Below are positions 42,689-52,295 of a stretch of 64,000 nt of DNA, piece by piece; the first letter of the stretch is position 1; every line of letters begins with the position of its first letter. The translations under genes and the position numbers were made by a program. The notes beneath the pieces are model-generated. The model did no database searches, was not told where the DNA came from, and saw only the letters and a list, made by a program, of their open reading frames with translations. Source of the stretch: Bdellovibrionota bacterium. GTDB taxonomy: Bacteria; Bdellovibrionota; UBA2428. The stretch spans positions 173,659-237,658 of the forward strand of contig JAWKOD010000002.1 of the NCBI GenBank assembly GCA_041391385.1. Direction: 5' to 3'.

Positions 42689-43822
42689 TTATTTCTTTCT
42701 TGGCTCTAAGGCTTCATCAAAATCTTTTTTTCCTACAATACGAGTGCCAAGAACCATGAATTGTGTATGTGAACCATCCATAAATTCGTATTTTACTCTC
42801 GATTTATCAAAGTTAACGCCGTAACTTGAAACAAGGTAATCGCTCCATATAACTAGAGTCTGACTGTTTTGAGAAAATCCAACACCAATAAGACAAGATT
42901 CAGAGATTTTTTCTAGGTGACCAGAAATAACATTACGATCGTTTCCGGTTCTACCTAGGATTTGCGTTTGATCTTTTAAAACGGCAGCTTCGTGGTCATA
43001 AGTTAAGAGTTCTGATCTAACTGTTTCCTGACTCCATCTTCCAGTTTTGGTGATGTGTACTGCAGCGATTCTTGGCACTTTATGATTCGTCCAGGTAAAG
43101 GAGTATTCGTAGCCATTGAGGTTAAGTGAGCGTCTAGCAGATGCAATGTTAAGGCCGAATGGTGCATAAGCACGGTTAAGGTCAGAGAGGTCTTTTCCAA
43201 GGAAAAATCTAGGATTGTTTTTTGAACTTGGGCAGCTAAAGAGACCTTGTCTGTACTCTTCGTCGTTGCGAGCTAAGTTTCTAAAGTGGTCTCTCTGTGA
43301 CCAAGTTACAATTTGATTAAGCTTGGCGTAAGCAGCTTTTGTAAGTGTTGAGGCTCCGCAAGTGTTCAAGTCTGTTTTGATTGTACCGTAGTCACCTATG
43401 GTATCTCTTTTGTAAAAAATCCAGGAGAGGCCATTTTGTCGCATTGAGAGTCTGTAGATTTTATCTCCAGCAATTACCTCTACGCGCGCATTGCCAAGTC
43501 TCCCATTTATTGGATCTGAATCATAAACTTTAAAATCTTTAACTGGACTCCCTAAAACTGAGGAAAGCTTATCTACGGCATCCGAATGTACGCGTAAGTA
43601 ATCAGAACTTTCTACTGTGCTGATAGCGACTTGTTTATGTCCACCTAAGACTGCGAGGTATTTTACTTCTGTGTGAAAGCGACCGAGTTGTTCAATTGTT
43701 TTAGTGGATTCACCACAAATAGTATTCTCTTCTAGGAGTTCATTAATATCTACAGCTTTAGCCATATGGCTAAGCCCAAGAGCGAGAAATAAGTAAAAAA
43801 AACGTACGACTTTCGAATTCAT
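42689..43822 (-). CDS. Hypothetical secreted protein
   Basis: 377-aa ORF with a signal peptide (MAKA cleavage). Confidence 0.7.
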   Translation of the reverse strand: MNSKVVRFFYLFLALGLSHMAKAVDINELLEENTICGESTKTIEQLGRFHTEVKYLAVLGGHKQVAISTVESSDYLRVHSDAVDKLSSVLGSPVKDFKVYDSDPINGRLGNARVEVIAGDKIYRLSMRQNGLSWIFYKRDTIGDYGTIKTDLNTCGASTLTKAAYAKLNQIVTWSQRDHFRNLARNDEEYRQGLFSCPSSKNNPRFFLGKDLSDLNRAYAPFGLNIASARRSLNLNGYEYSFTWTNHKVPRIAAVHITKTGRWSQETVRSELLTYDHEAAVLKDQTQILGRTGNDRNVISGHLEKISESCLIGVGFSQNSQTLVIWSDYLVSSYGVNFDKSRVKYEFMDGSHTQFMVLGTRIVGKKDFDEALEPRKK

Positions 43823-43956
43823 ATCTTTTTGCAGTGTAATTTAAGCAAGATGCGTACCTAGACCAAAGTACGTTGTAGGACATTCTTACTTGTATTTATT
43901 GCTTGATCGGCATAGCGCGCTGGCAGTGTTTAAAATTTAAACAGTAGTTTTCTTTT

Positions 43957-44058
43957 TTATCTCTCTCGTATGGGAACTGGGACCAGCCCCGGGAGGCCAA
44001 AAACGGCTTCGGGTTCTGGATCTTCAACAGGTAGGTCGTTCTGTGAGCTGAGAGTCAT
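43957..44058 (-). CDS. Candidate small protein (33 aa)
   Basis: MTLSSQNDLPVEDPEPEAVFGLPGLVPVPIRER with AAGG 10 nt upstream; below the ORF-track cutoff. Confidence 0.35.
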   Translation of the reverse strand: MTLSSQNDLPVEDPEPEAVFGLPGLVPVPIRER

Positions 44059-44139
44059 GGCATAAGCGCCTTAGAAAAAAGATTCGGCAAACATCGTGGT
44101 AGGTTGCGTCCAACCCAATCAAGTTTGAAAAAGAAACTA

Positions 44140-44636
44140 CTAACGTTCTGTTAGTGGAATGCGAACGAGTGGACGATGTTGGCCAGTTTTTTCGGGGGTT
44201 CCTTCGTAGATTCCACTTATTACTATTTCAAGAGGTATGAATCTGGAAGTTTGCTGTTGAAGCGAAATGCAAACATTTGTGAAAAAGATGATTCTGGTGA
44301 GATTTCAATATTCTCTGCAATAACATTCAATCCAACTACGTATTCGTCAAAGGGTCCTCCCATTACAGCGTATGTTCCAGATTTATTCCTCATCTCCCCA
44401 GGAGTATGTTCCGCTTTTACTAGGATACTGTTTCTTTTAATATAGACCGGAACATTTGATTTGTTTTCTATGTGCAAAGCAACATCTACAACTTTACCTT
44501 TTCGCTTGTACCACCTAGGTGAAAAAACTAAACCTTGGCTTTCAACTATTGAGGAATCATCGAGGTGCAATTTAGTTGCGCAGCTAAAAGTGCTTAAAAG
44601 TAAAATGCTAATAAAAGTGACTGAGAATTTAGTCAT
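44140..44636 (-). CDS. Hypothetical lipoprotein, probable 1-nt indel near 44235
   Basis: Lipobox FSC. The adjacent frame continues LEIVISGIYEG...RIPLTER to a stop at 44140. Confidence 0.6.
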
Positions 44637-44800
44637 GATGATAGTGTAGCGTTTCCTGTTGCATGTTCAACAGGGTCACTTGTTTCCAGCGCTGGAGGTG
44701 AAAATTGACAATGAGAGCACTCTTCGACGAGCACCGAGTTCTCGAAGCCCCTAGGCATAGTGAGTTTTTTATCCCTGCCATCAAGCGAATAAATAATCAA
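44633..44800 (-). other. Small ORF or gene remnant just downstream of tRNA-Asn
   Basis: GGAG-N7-TTG start, 55 aa with a CSHC motif, ATGA overlap with the lipoprotein gene; frame is open back to 44833. Confidence 0.35.
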
Positions 44801-44841
44801 AACATCACTCCACTTCGTTTCGTAATGTTTAGATTATTTAA

Positions 44842-44917
44842 TGGCTCGCTGGGAGGGACTCGAACCCCCGACCAGATGATTAACAGTCACCTGCTCTACC
44901 GACTGAGCTACCAGCGA
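44842..44917 (-). tRNA. tRNA-Asn(GTT)
   Basis: TCGCTGG acceptor, TAGCTCAGTCGGTAGAGC D-arm, GGTGA-CTGTTAA-TCATC anticodon arm, GTTCGAGTC T-loop and encoded CCA. Confidence 0.97.
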
Positions 44918-44939
44918 ATCGGTTTGAAAGACGAGGCTA

Positions 44940-45476
44940 TTAAAAACTGAGCACCCATTCAAGCCCATCTCGAATAAATTGCCCTTTTGGCCATAATATT
45001 CTGTGGGAATCGGGTGATAGCTCAGCCAGCTTCTTGTCTAGGGCCTTTTCGTGCAGGGTCCCGTCATGGCTTAAAGGGCTTCTCATGCACCAGAGCACCT
45101 TTTTGGACATAAAAACGGGTCCGGGGTGCCATTTAAAGAGAGCATTCGTGGATTCACTTTCGGGCTCGACTTCAATCAGGATGCTGTCGGCACATTCTAG
45201 GCAGGAGTCGTTTTTTTGAATTTCTTCTACAGAACTGCAAAAGCCAACGATTTTTTGATTGTCTTTGTTTCGTTTTCCAAGGTTGGCGGCAAAAAAGCCA
45301 CTAAGGGGACCTTTGCTTTCCGAAGGTTTGTGCGCATAGTAACTGTTTTTATCGGGGCTAAAGCGCCAGAGTTCTTGAGTCCATTCGTCCCACATGCGGG
45401 CTTTGTTGGATTTATCTAAACTCACAATAAGACTTCGGTGATAAAGAGCAGCGAGTTCTGGAAAAAAGTGAATCAT
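44940..45476 (-). CDS. Hypothetical protein
   Basis: 178-aa ORF downstream of recR in the same direction. Confidence 0.6.
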   Translation of the reverse strand: MIHFFPELAALYHRSLIVSLDKSNKARMWDEWTQELWRFSPDKNSYYAHKPSESKGPLSGFFAANLGKRNKDNQKIVGFCSSVEEIQKNDSCLECADSILIEVEPESESTNALFKWHPGPVFMSKKVLWCMRSPLSHDGTLHEKALDKKLAELSPDSHRILWPKGQFIRDGLEWVLSF

Positions 45477-45488
45477 ATAACCTTAAGG

Positions 45489-46091
45489 TTATGATAACTC
45501 AAAACGATGCTTGAGGGCCTGCTCAAGAGTCGACGGATCGAGATATTCTACTGACGATCCAGCGGGCAAGCCTAGGGCCGTGCGCGATATTTTTACGCTT
45601 AAACCCAGCTCAGTTGCTTGCTGCTTAAGATAAAGGGCCGTGGCGTCTCCCTCAAGCGTGGCATCAAAGGCGAGGATGAGTTCTTCAAAGCCCTCTTTCG
45701 CTATGCGAGTAAATAATTCTTCCATGCGAATTTGTTTAGGGCCCACTCCTGCGAGCGGAGAAAGGAAACCTTGAAGCACGTGGTATTTCCACGGATGTTT
45801 TTTGAATTTTTCGAGAGCCAAAACATCGGGAGCGTCTCTAACAATGCAGAGTTTTGTGGACACTCGTGAATTTTCTTCACAAAGTGAGCATTTCCCCATG
45901 TCGGTCCAAAAAAAACAAGTGGGACATGTGCCAATAGAAGCTTGAACTTCTTCAAGTCCCTTGATGAGACTTTCAATGGGAGAATTTCTACCTCTCAGCA
46001 AGTGCAGGGTGTAGCGCAAAGCTGTGCGCTCTCCCACTCCTGGAAGTTTAGAGAGTTCTTGTACAAGAGAGCGTAGGGCTCTTGGAAGCAC
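45489..46091 (-). CDS. recR: Recombination mediator RecR
   Basis: LSKLPGVGERTA HhH, C4 Zn finger, YHVLQG.LSPL and TOPRIM ATLEGDATA. Confidence 0.96.
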   Translation of the reverse strand: MLPRALRSLVQELSKLPGVGERTALRYTLHLLRGRNSPIESLIKGLEEVQASIGTCPTCFFWTDMGKCSLCEENSRVSTKLCIVRDAPDVLALEKFKKHPWKYHVLQGFLSPLAGVGPKQIRMEELFTRIAKEGFEELILAFDATLEGDATALYLKQQATELGLSVKISRTALGLPAGSSVEYLDPSTLEQALKHRFELS

Positions 46092-46414
46092 TAGAACATA
46101 CCGGCCATTCCCGGAGGAACGAGTTTTGCCATTTCATCAGACATTTTCTTTTGTGCTGTTTGAAGTGCGCTGTTAACGCCGATTTTAACCATGTCAGCAA
46201 CAAGTGCTGCGTCACCGCCTGAGAAAAGCTCTTCAGAGATTTCAAGTTTCAGTAATTCGTTTTTACCGTTAACAGTTACTTTTATTTTTCCGCCAGCACT
46301 GTCGATTGAATATTCTTCTTTTGCAAGTTTATCTTGAAGAACCTTCATTTCTTGCTGCATCTTTTGTGCCTGGCCGAGAAGTTGATTGAGTCCACCACCG
46401 CTTGGAAATTTCAT
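46091..46414 (-). CDS. ybaB: YbaB/EbfC nucleoid-associated protein
   Basis: QAQKMQQEM...SAGGKIKVTVNG; canonical position between dnaX and recR. Confidence 0.93.
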   Translation of the reverse strand: MKFPSGGGLNQLLGQAQKMQQEMKVLQDKLAKEEYSIDSAGGKIKVTVNGKNELLKLEISEELFSGGDAALVADMVKIGVNSALQTAQKKMSDEMAKLVPPGMAGMF

Positions 46415-46432
46415 AATTTTAATTTAGCTGGC

Positions 46433-48088
46433 TTATGTGTCTTCGTCGAGAATTTTGGTTTCAGAGATGCTACCTTTAAAGGCTTTCAACGCGCTTTGTA
46501 CAGCCACATCTTCTTTGGCTTCTTTGAGCTTTTGTTTCGCTATCTCTTGGGGTGAGGCCGTGGGTGCTTTGTTTTTGCCTCCCTCAAGGCTCACGTTATA
46601 GGTAAAATCAGCCCCGAAGCATTGTTTTAACACGGCTTGGCCGTCTGCAGAGGCGAGGCGTTTTCCGGCAAAATCGGCTTCTGCAATGATTTCAAAGCGT
46701 TTGTCGTCTTGCGTAATAGAGCGAAGGCTTTTGATTGCAGGCAACCAAGCGGGACGCTCACTTCTTAAAAAATTTTGAAATTGATCGGTTAAGGCAGAGT
46801 GACTTGTGCTTGTATTTGAAGTTTTAGCTGCGGGAGCCGGCGAAGAACTTCTGTTCATTGTGTTTTGGTTGTTGGCAGTTGAGTTTGCAGCACTTGCACT
46901 GGGGGCAGAGGTCGGAGAGCTACTGCGAGGGGTGTGACTTATCGGAGCTACTTTGTGAGTAGCGACGCGAGATGCAGCTTGGGCCGAGAGTGCTGGCCGC
47001 TGAAGAGCGAGTTTTATCACAAGAGATTCAAGTGCGATTTGCGCATCGAGAGCTGCTGTAAGATGTCCCTGAAGTGCAAGGCAGAGATCAAGGCCGCGAA
47101 GAATTTCGTCTTGCTCAAGTTTTGCTACTAGACCGTCAAGGATTTTTTTGTATTCAGCATCTGTAGAGTCCAAATGCTTTGTTATTTTGAGTAAGTTTAA
47201 ATCTCTATAGGTTGCAAGAAAACGACCTAATAAAACTTTGGGGTCAGCGCCGCCCGAGAGAGCTTGCGTACAGGAGTTTAAAGAAGCCGCTAAGTCGTGG
47301 TTGGCAATGTTGTCGAGCAATTCAAAAAAGCTTTTTCTAGGGATAAAACCCAAAACATCTTCTAGCTCTTCGCGGGAGAGTTTGTTGCCAGAAAGCGCAA
47401 TGGCTTGGTCTAAGAGAGATTGAGCGTCTCTCATGCAGCCTTCAGCTTCTTCGGCAATCAATAAAAGTGCGTCGCGCTCGGCTTCTACTTTTTCACTCGT
47501 GCAAATGGCTTCGAGTGAGGCAACAATGCGGTCTTTGGGAATACGTTTAAAATCAAAACGCTGGCAACGAGATAAAATCGTTGCAGGAACTTTATGAATT
47601 TCAGTCGTCGCAAAAACAAAGATAACGTGGGGAGGGGGTTCTTCTAATGTTTTGAGAAGGGCGTTGAATGCCGCTGTAGAGAGCATGTGTACTTCGTCGA
47701 TAATAAATATTCGATACTGTCCACTACTTGCGGAGTACGAAACGCTCTCTCTGAGTTCACGAATATTATCGACGCCCGTGTTAGAGGCAGCATCGATTTC
47801 AATAACATCCATGGATTGTCCATTTTGAATTTCAATACACGAGCCACACTTACCACAGGGGACTTTTGTTTTGTCTTCTGATTCACATCTTAAGGCTTTA
47901 GCGAGAATACGTGCTGCACTTGTTTTTCCTACGCCGCGAGGACCCGTAAAAAGATAGGCATGTGCGGTTCTTTTTTGAAGAACGGCATTTTTGAGCGTTT
48001 GGCCCAGAGCCTCTTGACCAATAAGCTGATCAAAATTCTGTGGACGGTAACGCCGAGAGATAACTAAATAAGATGCTGTTCTTTCCAT
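46433..48088 (-). CDS. dnaX: DNA polymerase III subunit gamma/tau
   Basis: RRYRPQNF, GPRGVGKT, CGKCGSC, EIDAASNTGVD, IDEVHML and ILSRCQRF. Confidence 0.97.
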   Translation of the reverse strand: MERTASYLVISRRYRPQNFDQLIGQEALGQTLKNAVLQKRTAHAYLFTGPRGVGKTSAARILAKALRCESEDKTKVPCGKCGSCIEIQNGQSMDVIEIDAASNTGVDNIRELRESVSYSASSGQYRIFIIDEVHMLSTAAFNALLKTLEEPPPHVIFVFATTEIHKVPATILSRCQRFDFKRIPKDRIVASLEAICTSEKVEAERDALLLIAEEAEGCMRDAQSLLDQAIALSGNKLSREELEDVLGFIPRKSFFELLDNIANHDLAASLNSCTQALSGGADPKVLLGRFLATYRDLNLLKITKHLDSTDAEYKKILDGLVAKLEQDEILRGLDLCLALQGHLTAALDAQIALESLVIKLALQRPALSAQAASRVATHKVAPISHTPRSSSPTSAPSASAANSTANNQNTMNRSSSPAPAAKTSNTSTSHSALTDQFQNFLRSERPAWLPAIKSLRSITQDDKRFEIIAEADFAGKRLASADGQAVLKQCFGADFTYNVSLEGGKNKAPTASPQEIAKQKLKEAKEDVAVQSALKAFKGSISETKILDEDT

Positions 48089-48112
48089 AGTTTCAGCCTT
48101 AGGGCAGAATTA

Positions 48113-48460
48113 ATGTTGCCCGGAGGAAGAATGAATCGCAAGTTTAATTCATACGAGGAATTTTATCAGTTTTATCTGAGGGAGCATTCAAAGGCCCAGA
48201 CACGCATTTTCCACTGCATAGGGACACTTTTGGGGCTTGGTTTTTTATTCTTTGCCATCTGGCAGCATCGTTGGGGCTTGATTTTATGGGGATTTTTAGC
48301 GGGTTATGCTGTAGCTTGGCTGTCGCACTTTTTGATCGAAAAAAACAGACCAGCCACCATTAAGTATCCCTTCTATTCGTTTATTTCTGATTTTCGAATG
48401 CTTTTTGATACCGTGACAAATAAACTGCCTCTGAACAAAGATATTCCTAAGATAAAGTAA
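48113..48460 (+). CDS. DUF962/Mpo1-like membrane protein
   Basis: FYQFYLREHS...HCIG...AWLSHFLIEKNRPAT..YP. Confidence 0.85.
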   Translation: MLPGGRMNRKFNSYEEFYQFYLREHSKAQTRIFHCIGTLLGLGFLFFAIWQHRWGLILWGFLAGYAVAWLSHFLIEKNRPATIKYPFYSFISDFRMLFDTVTNKLPLNKDIPKIK

Positions 48461-48468
48461 AAGCTCTT

Positions 48469-49374
48469 ATGTTGAGAGTTTTGCTATTTATCTCTTTTTT
48501 TTCTGTTGGGGCTCTTAAGGCGGATGATCTTATCAACTGTCTACTACGTTTGCAGACAACAAGACATACGATGAATTTTGCAGAAGTTATTTCTACTCGT
48601 TCGCTCAATGCAGAAGAAAAACAGTTACTTCATGATTTTGCTCAAAAACATACTAAGTATAAAGATTCACCGGAGGAACTTGAAAAGTTTTTTAAAGAAG
48701 TAGATGCCATTACACCACACGATAGTGTGGAAGAAGTTATTGCCGTTATGGAGTATCGCCTTGCAAGTAGGAAAGATTTAGAAACGATTAAGGCCGAACT
48801 CGTAGCGCTCCAAGATGACATACCTCAATATTGGAAGGAAAGGGAGCGGAGTATTTTGCCTGGTGATATAGATCAGCAAGTGCGCTGGAATTCTCTTTTG
48901 ATTTTTCAAAGAGCGCAGCATGAAAATAAGGCCGCATTTGTTCAAATTCGGGATCTTCTTATTTCTAAAGGTGACGATCCCAACGAGGTTGCGGCTAAAT
49001 TAGAGGTATTGCTTGATACTGGAAATTTCGATGCAAGTTTTGCACTTCGTTACGAGAAGTTAGAAGAGATTTTTAAGGTTACAGCGACGCCTATGGGGAT
49101 TGCAAGTAAGCCTCAAGAAATGAAGCCGACAACTCAACAAGTTTTTCAAAGTTATATTCTTTATTCAATAATGAGTAAGAATGGCAAGGGCTTTGACGAA
49201 TTGAGCGCAGCAGTCAATCAGGCAAAGCGCTTACAAGGAGATGACATACATAACGTAGGCAATTTGCTTTATTGGACCACTCGTCAGCTAGAGGAATTAA
49301 ATAAAATTCCCCTTAGAACCGGAGGACGAATTATAACCTTAGGTGATTTTGTGGGTGGGCCAGGTAGGCCTTAA
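48469..49374 (+). CDS. Hypothetical secreted protein
   Basis: 301-aa ORF with a signal peptide. Confidence 0.65.
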   Translation: MLRVLLFISFFSVGALKADDLINCLLRLQTTRHTMNFAEVISTRSLNAEEKQLLHDFAQKHTKYKDSPEELEKFFKEVDAITPHDSVEEVIAVMEYRLASRKDLETIKAELVALQDDIPQYWKERERSILPGDIDQQVRWNSLLIFQRAQHENKAAFVQIRDLLISKGDDPNEVAAKLEVLLDTGNFDASFALRYEKLEEIFKVTATPMGIASKPQEMKPTTQQVFQSYILYSIMSKNGKGFDELSAAVNQAKRLQGDDIHNVGNLLYWTTRQLEELNKIPLRTGGRIITLGDFVGGPGRP

Positions 49375-49379
49375 TTTTA

Positions 49380-50198
49380 TTAATTTATAACGCCCAATGA
49401 GTTGAGCAAAAAAATAAGAATCGGCTGATGCACGAGATAAATAATTAACGAGTGCTTTCCTAAAAAAGTTAAAGTTTTGTGGTGTGGTTTATTTTTGTTT
49501 TGCTTTAGAAATTCTTCTTTTGAGTTTCTTTCTTTCAATATGGGACTTAGGTATTTTCCGCAAAAATATCCAAGAAGAGCAACTCCTGACCAGGGAAGAA
49601 AGGGATAGTAATCGGCCATTCCTTTGAAGTCAGACATCGCAAACCAAAATAATTGCGGGTTTTGAAGTGGATTAAAGTAGAAGTAGTTACCAAGCACGAG
49701 AATCAATATCGTTGAGGCTAGGACTAGAGGACGTGGGGCTTTTTGATAAACAATTAAAGCAAGGTAGCTAGCGGAAATGCAGTGAAGGATTCCAAAATAA
49801 ATTGGAGTGCGTGGCATGTAGGCAAAGCTAATAGCCGAAACCATAAGTGCTGCAAAAAAAGTACGAATGAACTTACGCGCCGTTTTTTTGTAGAGATTTG
49901 CAGATGAGTAGTTTTCTTTTTCGATCCAGGAAGAGAGTCCCACTAAAAACAGAAACGTTGAGCCTATAAGAGTAGCTCCCATGTCCCATGTAAATTGGGA
50001 GAAGTTGAGCCCTACGCCCATGTTGTCGATATCCCAGCTTAAATGATAGAGAATCATGGCAATAACTGCGAGTCCTCGCAGGAGATCTATTTCCGGATAG
50101 CGGGGTGTGTGATTTTTAGAAACAAGGCTTAAGTGCGGGCTTTCCTTAGGCTGTACCTCATTAGGTTTAGATCTCAGAGGCTTTTTAAGTGGGCGCAC
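49380..50198 (-). CDS. DUF1624/HGSNAT-like membrane acyltransferase-family protein
   Basis: RYPEIDLLRGLAVIAMILYH, FGILHCI, DYYPFLPW and LGKHSLIIYLVHQPI. Confidence 0.88.
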   Translation of the reverse strand: MRPLKKPLRSKPNEVQPKESPHLSLVSKNHTPRYPEIDLLRGLAVIAMILYHLSWDIDNMGVGLNFSQFTWDMGATLIGSTFLFLVGLSSWIEKENYSSANLYKKTARKFIRTFFAALMVSAISFAYMPRTPIYFGILHCISASYLALIVYQKAPRPLVLASTILILVLGNYFYFNPLQNPQLFWFAMSDFKGMADYYPFLPWSGVALLGYFCGKYLSPILKERNSKEEFLKQNKNKPHHKTLTFLGKHSLIIYLVHQPILIFLLNSLGVIN

Positions 50199-50323
50199 AT
50201 TTATATTATCGGGTTTAAAGGGGTCTTTGCAGAGACAGTTTTTTGTCTAAAAAGTCTTTCTCATAGCCCAAGGGGCAGTATTTTATTGCCTTTATTTAAG
50301 CCTCGATGCTAACCAGTCTCTAG

Positions 50324-52207
50324 GTGCGTCATATTATGAATAAATCAAAATTGAGTCTTATTTTCTTTTCTTTCTATCTTTGCGTTTTCTCATCCCTTCA
50401 CGCCCTCACTCCAAAATCATTTGAGAGAATATATGAAACAACGGGGGTTCAGCACGACTTTCTCGAAATGCACAAAGTGTTTAGGGATGTTCTAAGTGTA
50501 GAAACTAAGCCCTCTTATAAAGACATGAAAGAACTGGTTGCTGATTTGCAGCGAATTGATCCGGATTTTGCGACTGTTCTTATAAAAAACGAAGATTTTT
50601 GGAAGCTGAGCTTTATCTTAGATAATGGTTGGGATGTAACTTTGCCCAACACTCAAGGCAGGGATCTTTTGGTTGAGGCCATCGGAGCTTATCACTTTCC
50701 AAACATCGAGCTTGTTTTAAAGTCGGGTGGAACAAAAATTCTTTTGAATAAAGTTAATAGAGAAATTCTTAAAGAAGCGGGTGAAGAAAATAATTCTTAT
50801 TTAGAGAACGAGCTTGCAAAGTGGGAGTCCTGGGCGCTGAATCCTAAGAAATATCCTCACTTTCTTGAAGGTCAGCCTCTCAGTTACCGCGTAGAGGGTT
50901 ATGCAAGTACGGCAAATAACGAAATGCTTATGCCTTCTGCTGCGCCTACAGCTCCAGAGGCAGCGCCAGCAGCACCACCACCGTTAGCACAACCAATCCC
51001 TGAGCCAATGTCTCCGCCACCACCTCCTCCTTTAGGTAAGGGGGATAATGCTCGAGGAAATTTGGGGCAAGCTAGGGAGTCAAACGTTAATCCGAACATG
51101 TTTGTTGTCGAAGTTCCCTATGGAACTAACCGTGGGATGGATATGAGTAGAAGCAATACTTTGAAAACTACCGAAGGAGCAGAAGCTTTTTATTCCTTCA
51201 CAGATTCTGGGAAAATCTCATACGGTATTGCTCGAGTTACAATACCGAGAACACACAAAGCAGGTAAATTGGAAGAGCGAGGTTTATTTGAACGCAAGTG
51301 GGACCCCAATAAACATGTTGTTTTGGATCAGCTCACTTTGCTAGGGACAGAAGAAGATTTTTTCAAAAAAGTAGGAGAACTCATCAAAGAACGCGAGGAG
51401 AATTTTCCAGAAGATAAAAATGCAAAAGAAATTTTTGTCTACATTCACGGGTTTAATGTCGATTTTAGCTATGCCATGAGAAAAACGGCACAGCTAATGT
51501 TTGATATGGATTATCCGGGTCTTTCTATGGCGTACTCATGGCCCGCGAGGCCTGTAAAACTTCCCCTTCCTCAGGACTTTAGAGATGACGTACTACGTGC
51601 GGAGGCTTCTATCGCCAACCTTGAAGTGTTTTTAGACGGGATACGTAGGGAATACCCCGATAGAAAAATTAACATTATTGCTCACAGTTTAGGTACGCGT
51701 GTGTTAAGTAAGGTTCTTTTAAATTTGGCTAAAAATTTAGATACAGTGAATTTAACTCAGGGAGCTCAAAAGTTGTTTGGACAAGTCATACTTGCTGCGC
51801 CTGCAATTGATGCAACAGATTTTATCGAAGACTGGGCACCAAAAATTACTCCTCTCTGTGATCGTATAAGTATCATGGCTTCAGACGATGATTACGCTCT
51901 CAAGGTGCAATCATTTGCGGAAGATTTGAAAAGCTTTCCGCTCGGGCTATGGACAGACACTCAAGCTGCGTTGGCACTTGATATTTTTAACTTTGATATC
52001 TCAAACTTATCTGCTGGGACATTTAGCCTAGATCATTCCGTGTATTCTCAGGTGCCAAGTGCGATTAATCACATGGGAAGTTTGCTGAAGAATAAGCCGA
52101 CGGAAGATCAACTCACTAAACTCCCCTATGCGAAGTACCTTGAGACCCAAGACAGATTAGATTTCTTTAGTCTGCTTAAGCGAAGAGTTTGGAACTTTTT
52201 ACAGTAG
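50324..52207 (+). CDS. Secreted protein with ankyrin-like N-terminus, Pro-rich linker and DUF900 alpha/beta hydrolase domain
   Basis: PYGTNR, YIHGFN, SWP, IIAHSLG nucleophile, ILAAPAID and LDHS; ankyrin-like GWDVTLPNTQGRDLLVEA. Confidence 0.8.
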   Translation: MRHIMNKSKLSLIFFSFYLCVFSSLHALTPKSFERIYETTGVQHDFLEMHKVFRDVLSVETKPSYKDMKELVADLQRIDPDFATVLIKNEDFWKLSFILDNGWDVTLPNTQGRDLLVEAIGAYHFPNIELVLKSGGTKILLNKVNREILKEAGEENNSYLENELAKWESWALNPKKYPHFLEGQPLSYRVEGYASTANNEMLMPSAAPTAPEAAPAAPPPLAQPIPEPMSPPPPPPLGKGDNARGNLGQARESNVNPNMFVVEVPYGTNRGMDMSRSNTLKTTEGAEAFYSFTDSGKISYGIARVTIPRTHKAGKLEERGLFERKWDPNKHVVLDQLTLLGTEEDFFKKVGELIKEREENFPEDKNAKEIFVYIHGFNVDFSYAMRKTAQLMFDMDYPGLSMAYSWPARPVKLPLPQDFRDDVLRAEASIANLEVFLDGIRREYPDRKINIIAHSLGTRVLSKVLLNLAKNLDTVNLTQGAQKLFGQVILAAPAIDATDFIEDWAPKITPLCDRISIMASDDDYALKVQSFAEDLKSFPLGLWTDTQAALALDIFNFDISNLSAGTFSLDHSVYSQVPSAINHMGSLLKNKPTEDQLTKLPYAKYLETQDRLDFFSLLKRRVWNFLQ

Positions 52208-52230
52208 TCAGTCTTATTGGATTGATAAAG

Positions 52231-52278
52231 AAAAAGAAGCGCGGCTCCCACAAAGAGTGGAAGCCGCGCTTCTTTTTT
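52231..52278. terminator. Bidirectional intrinsic terminator
   Basis: AAAAAGAAGCGCGGCT...AGCCGCGCTTCTTTTTT between convergent genes. Confidence 0.88.
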
Positions 52279-52295
52279 ATAGGCGTGTTAGTACT

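Noticed and set aside
43975-44220. Possible tmRNA or glmS ribozyme (GGGTTCTGGATC, AAGCGCC and GGACG...TTCCAC segments)
   Set aside because: No tRNA-like acceptor/T-arm, tag ORF or glmS core could be assembled; the right part is better explained as the frameshifted lipoprotein tail.
47330-47340. Possible dnaX -1 frameshift site
   Set aside because: Reads A AAA AGC, not A AAA AAG, and lies inside the clamp-loader core, too early for a gamma product.
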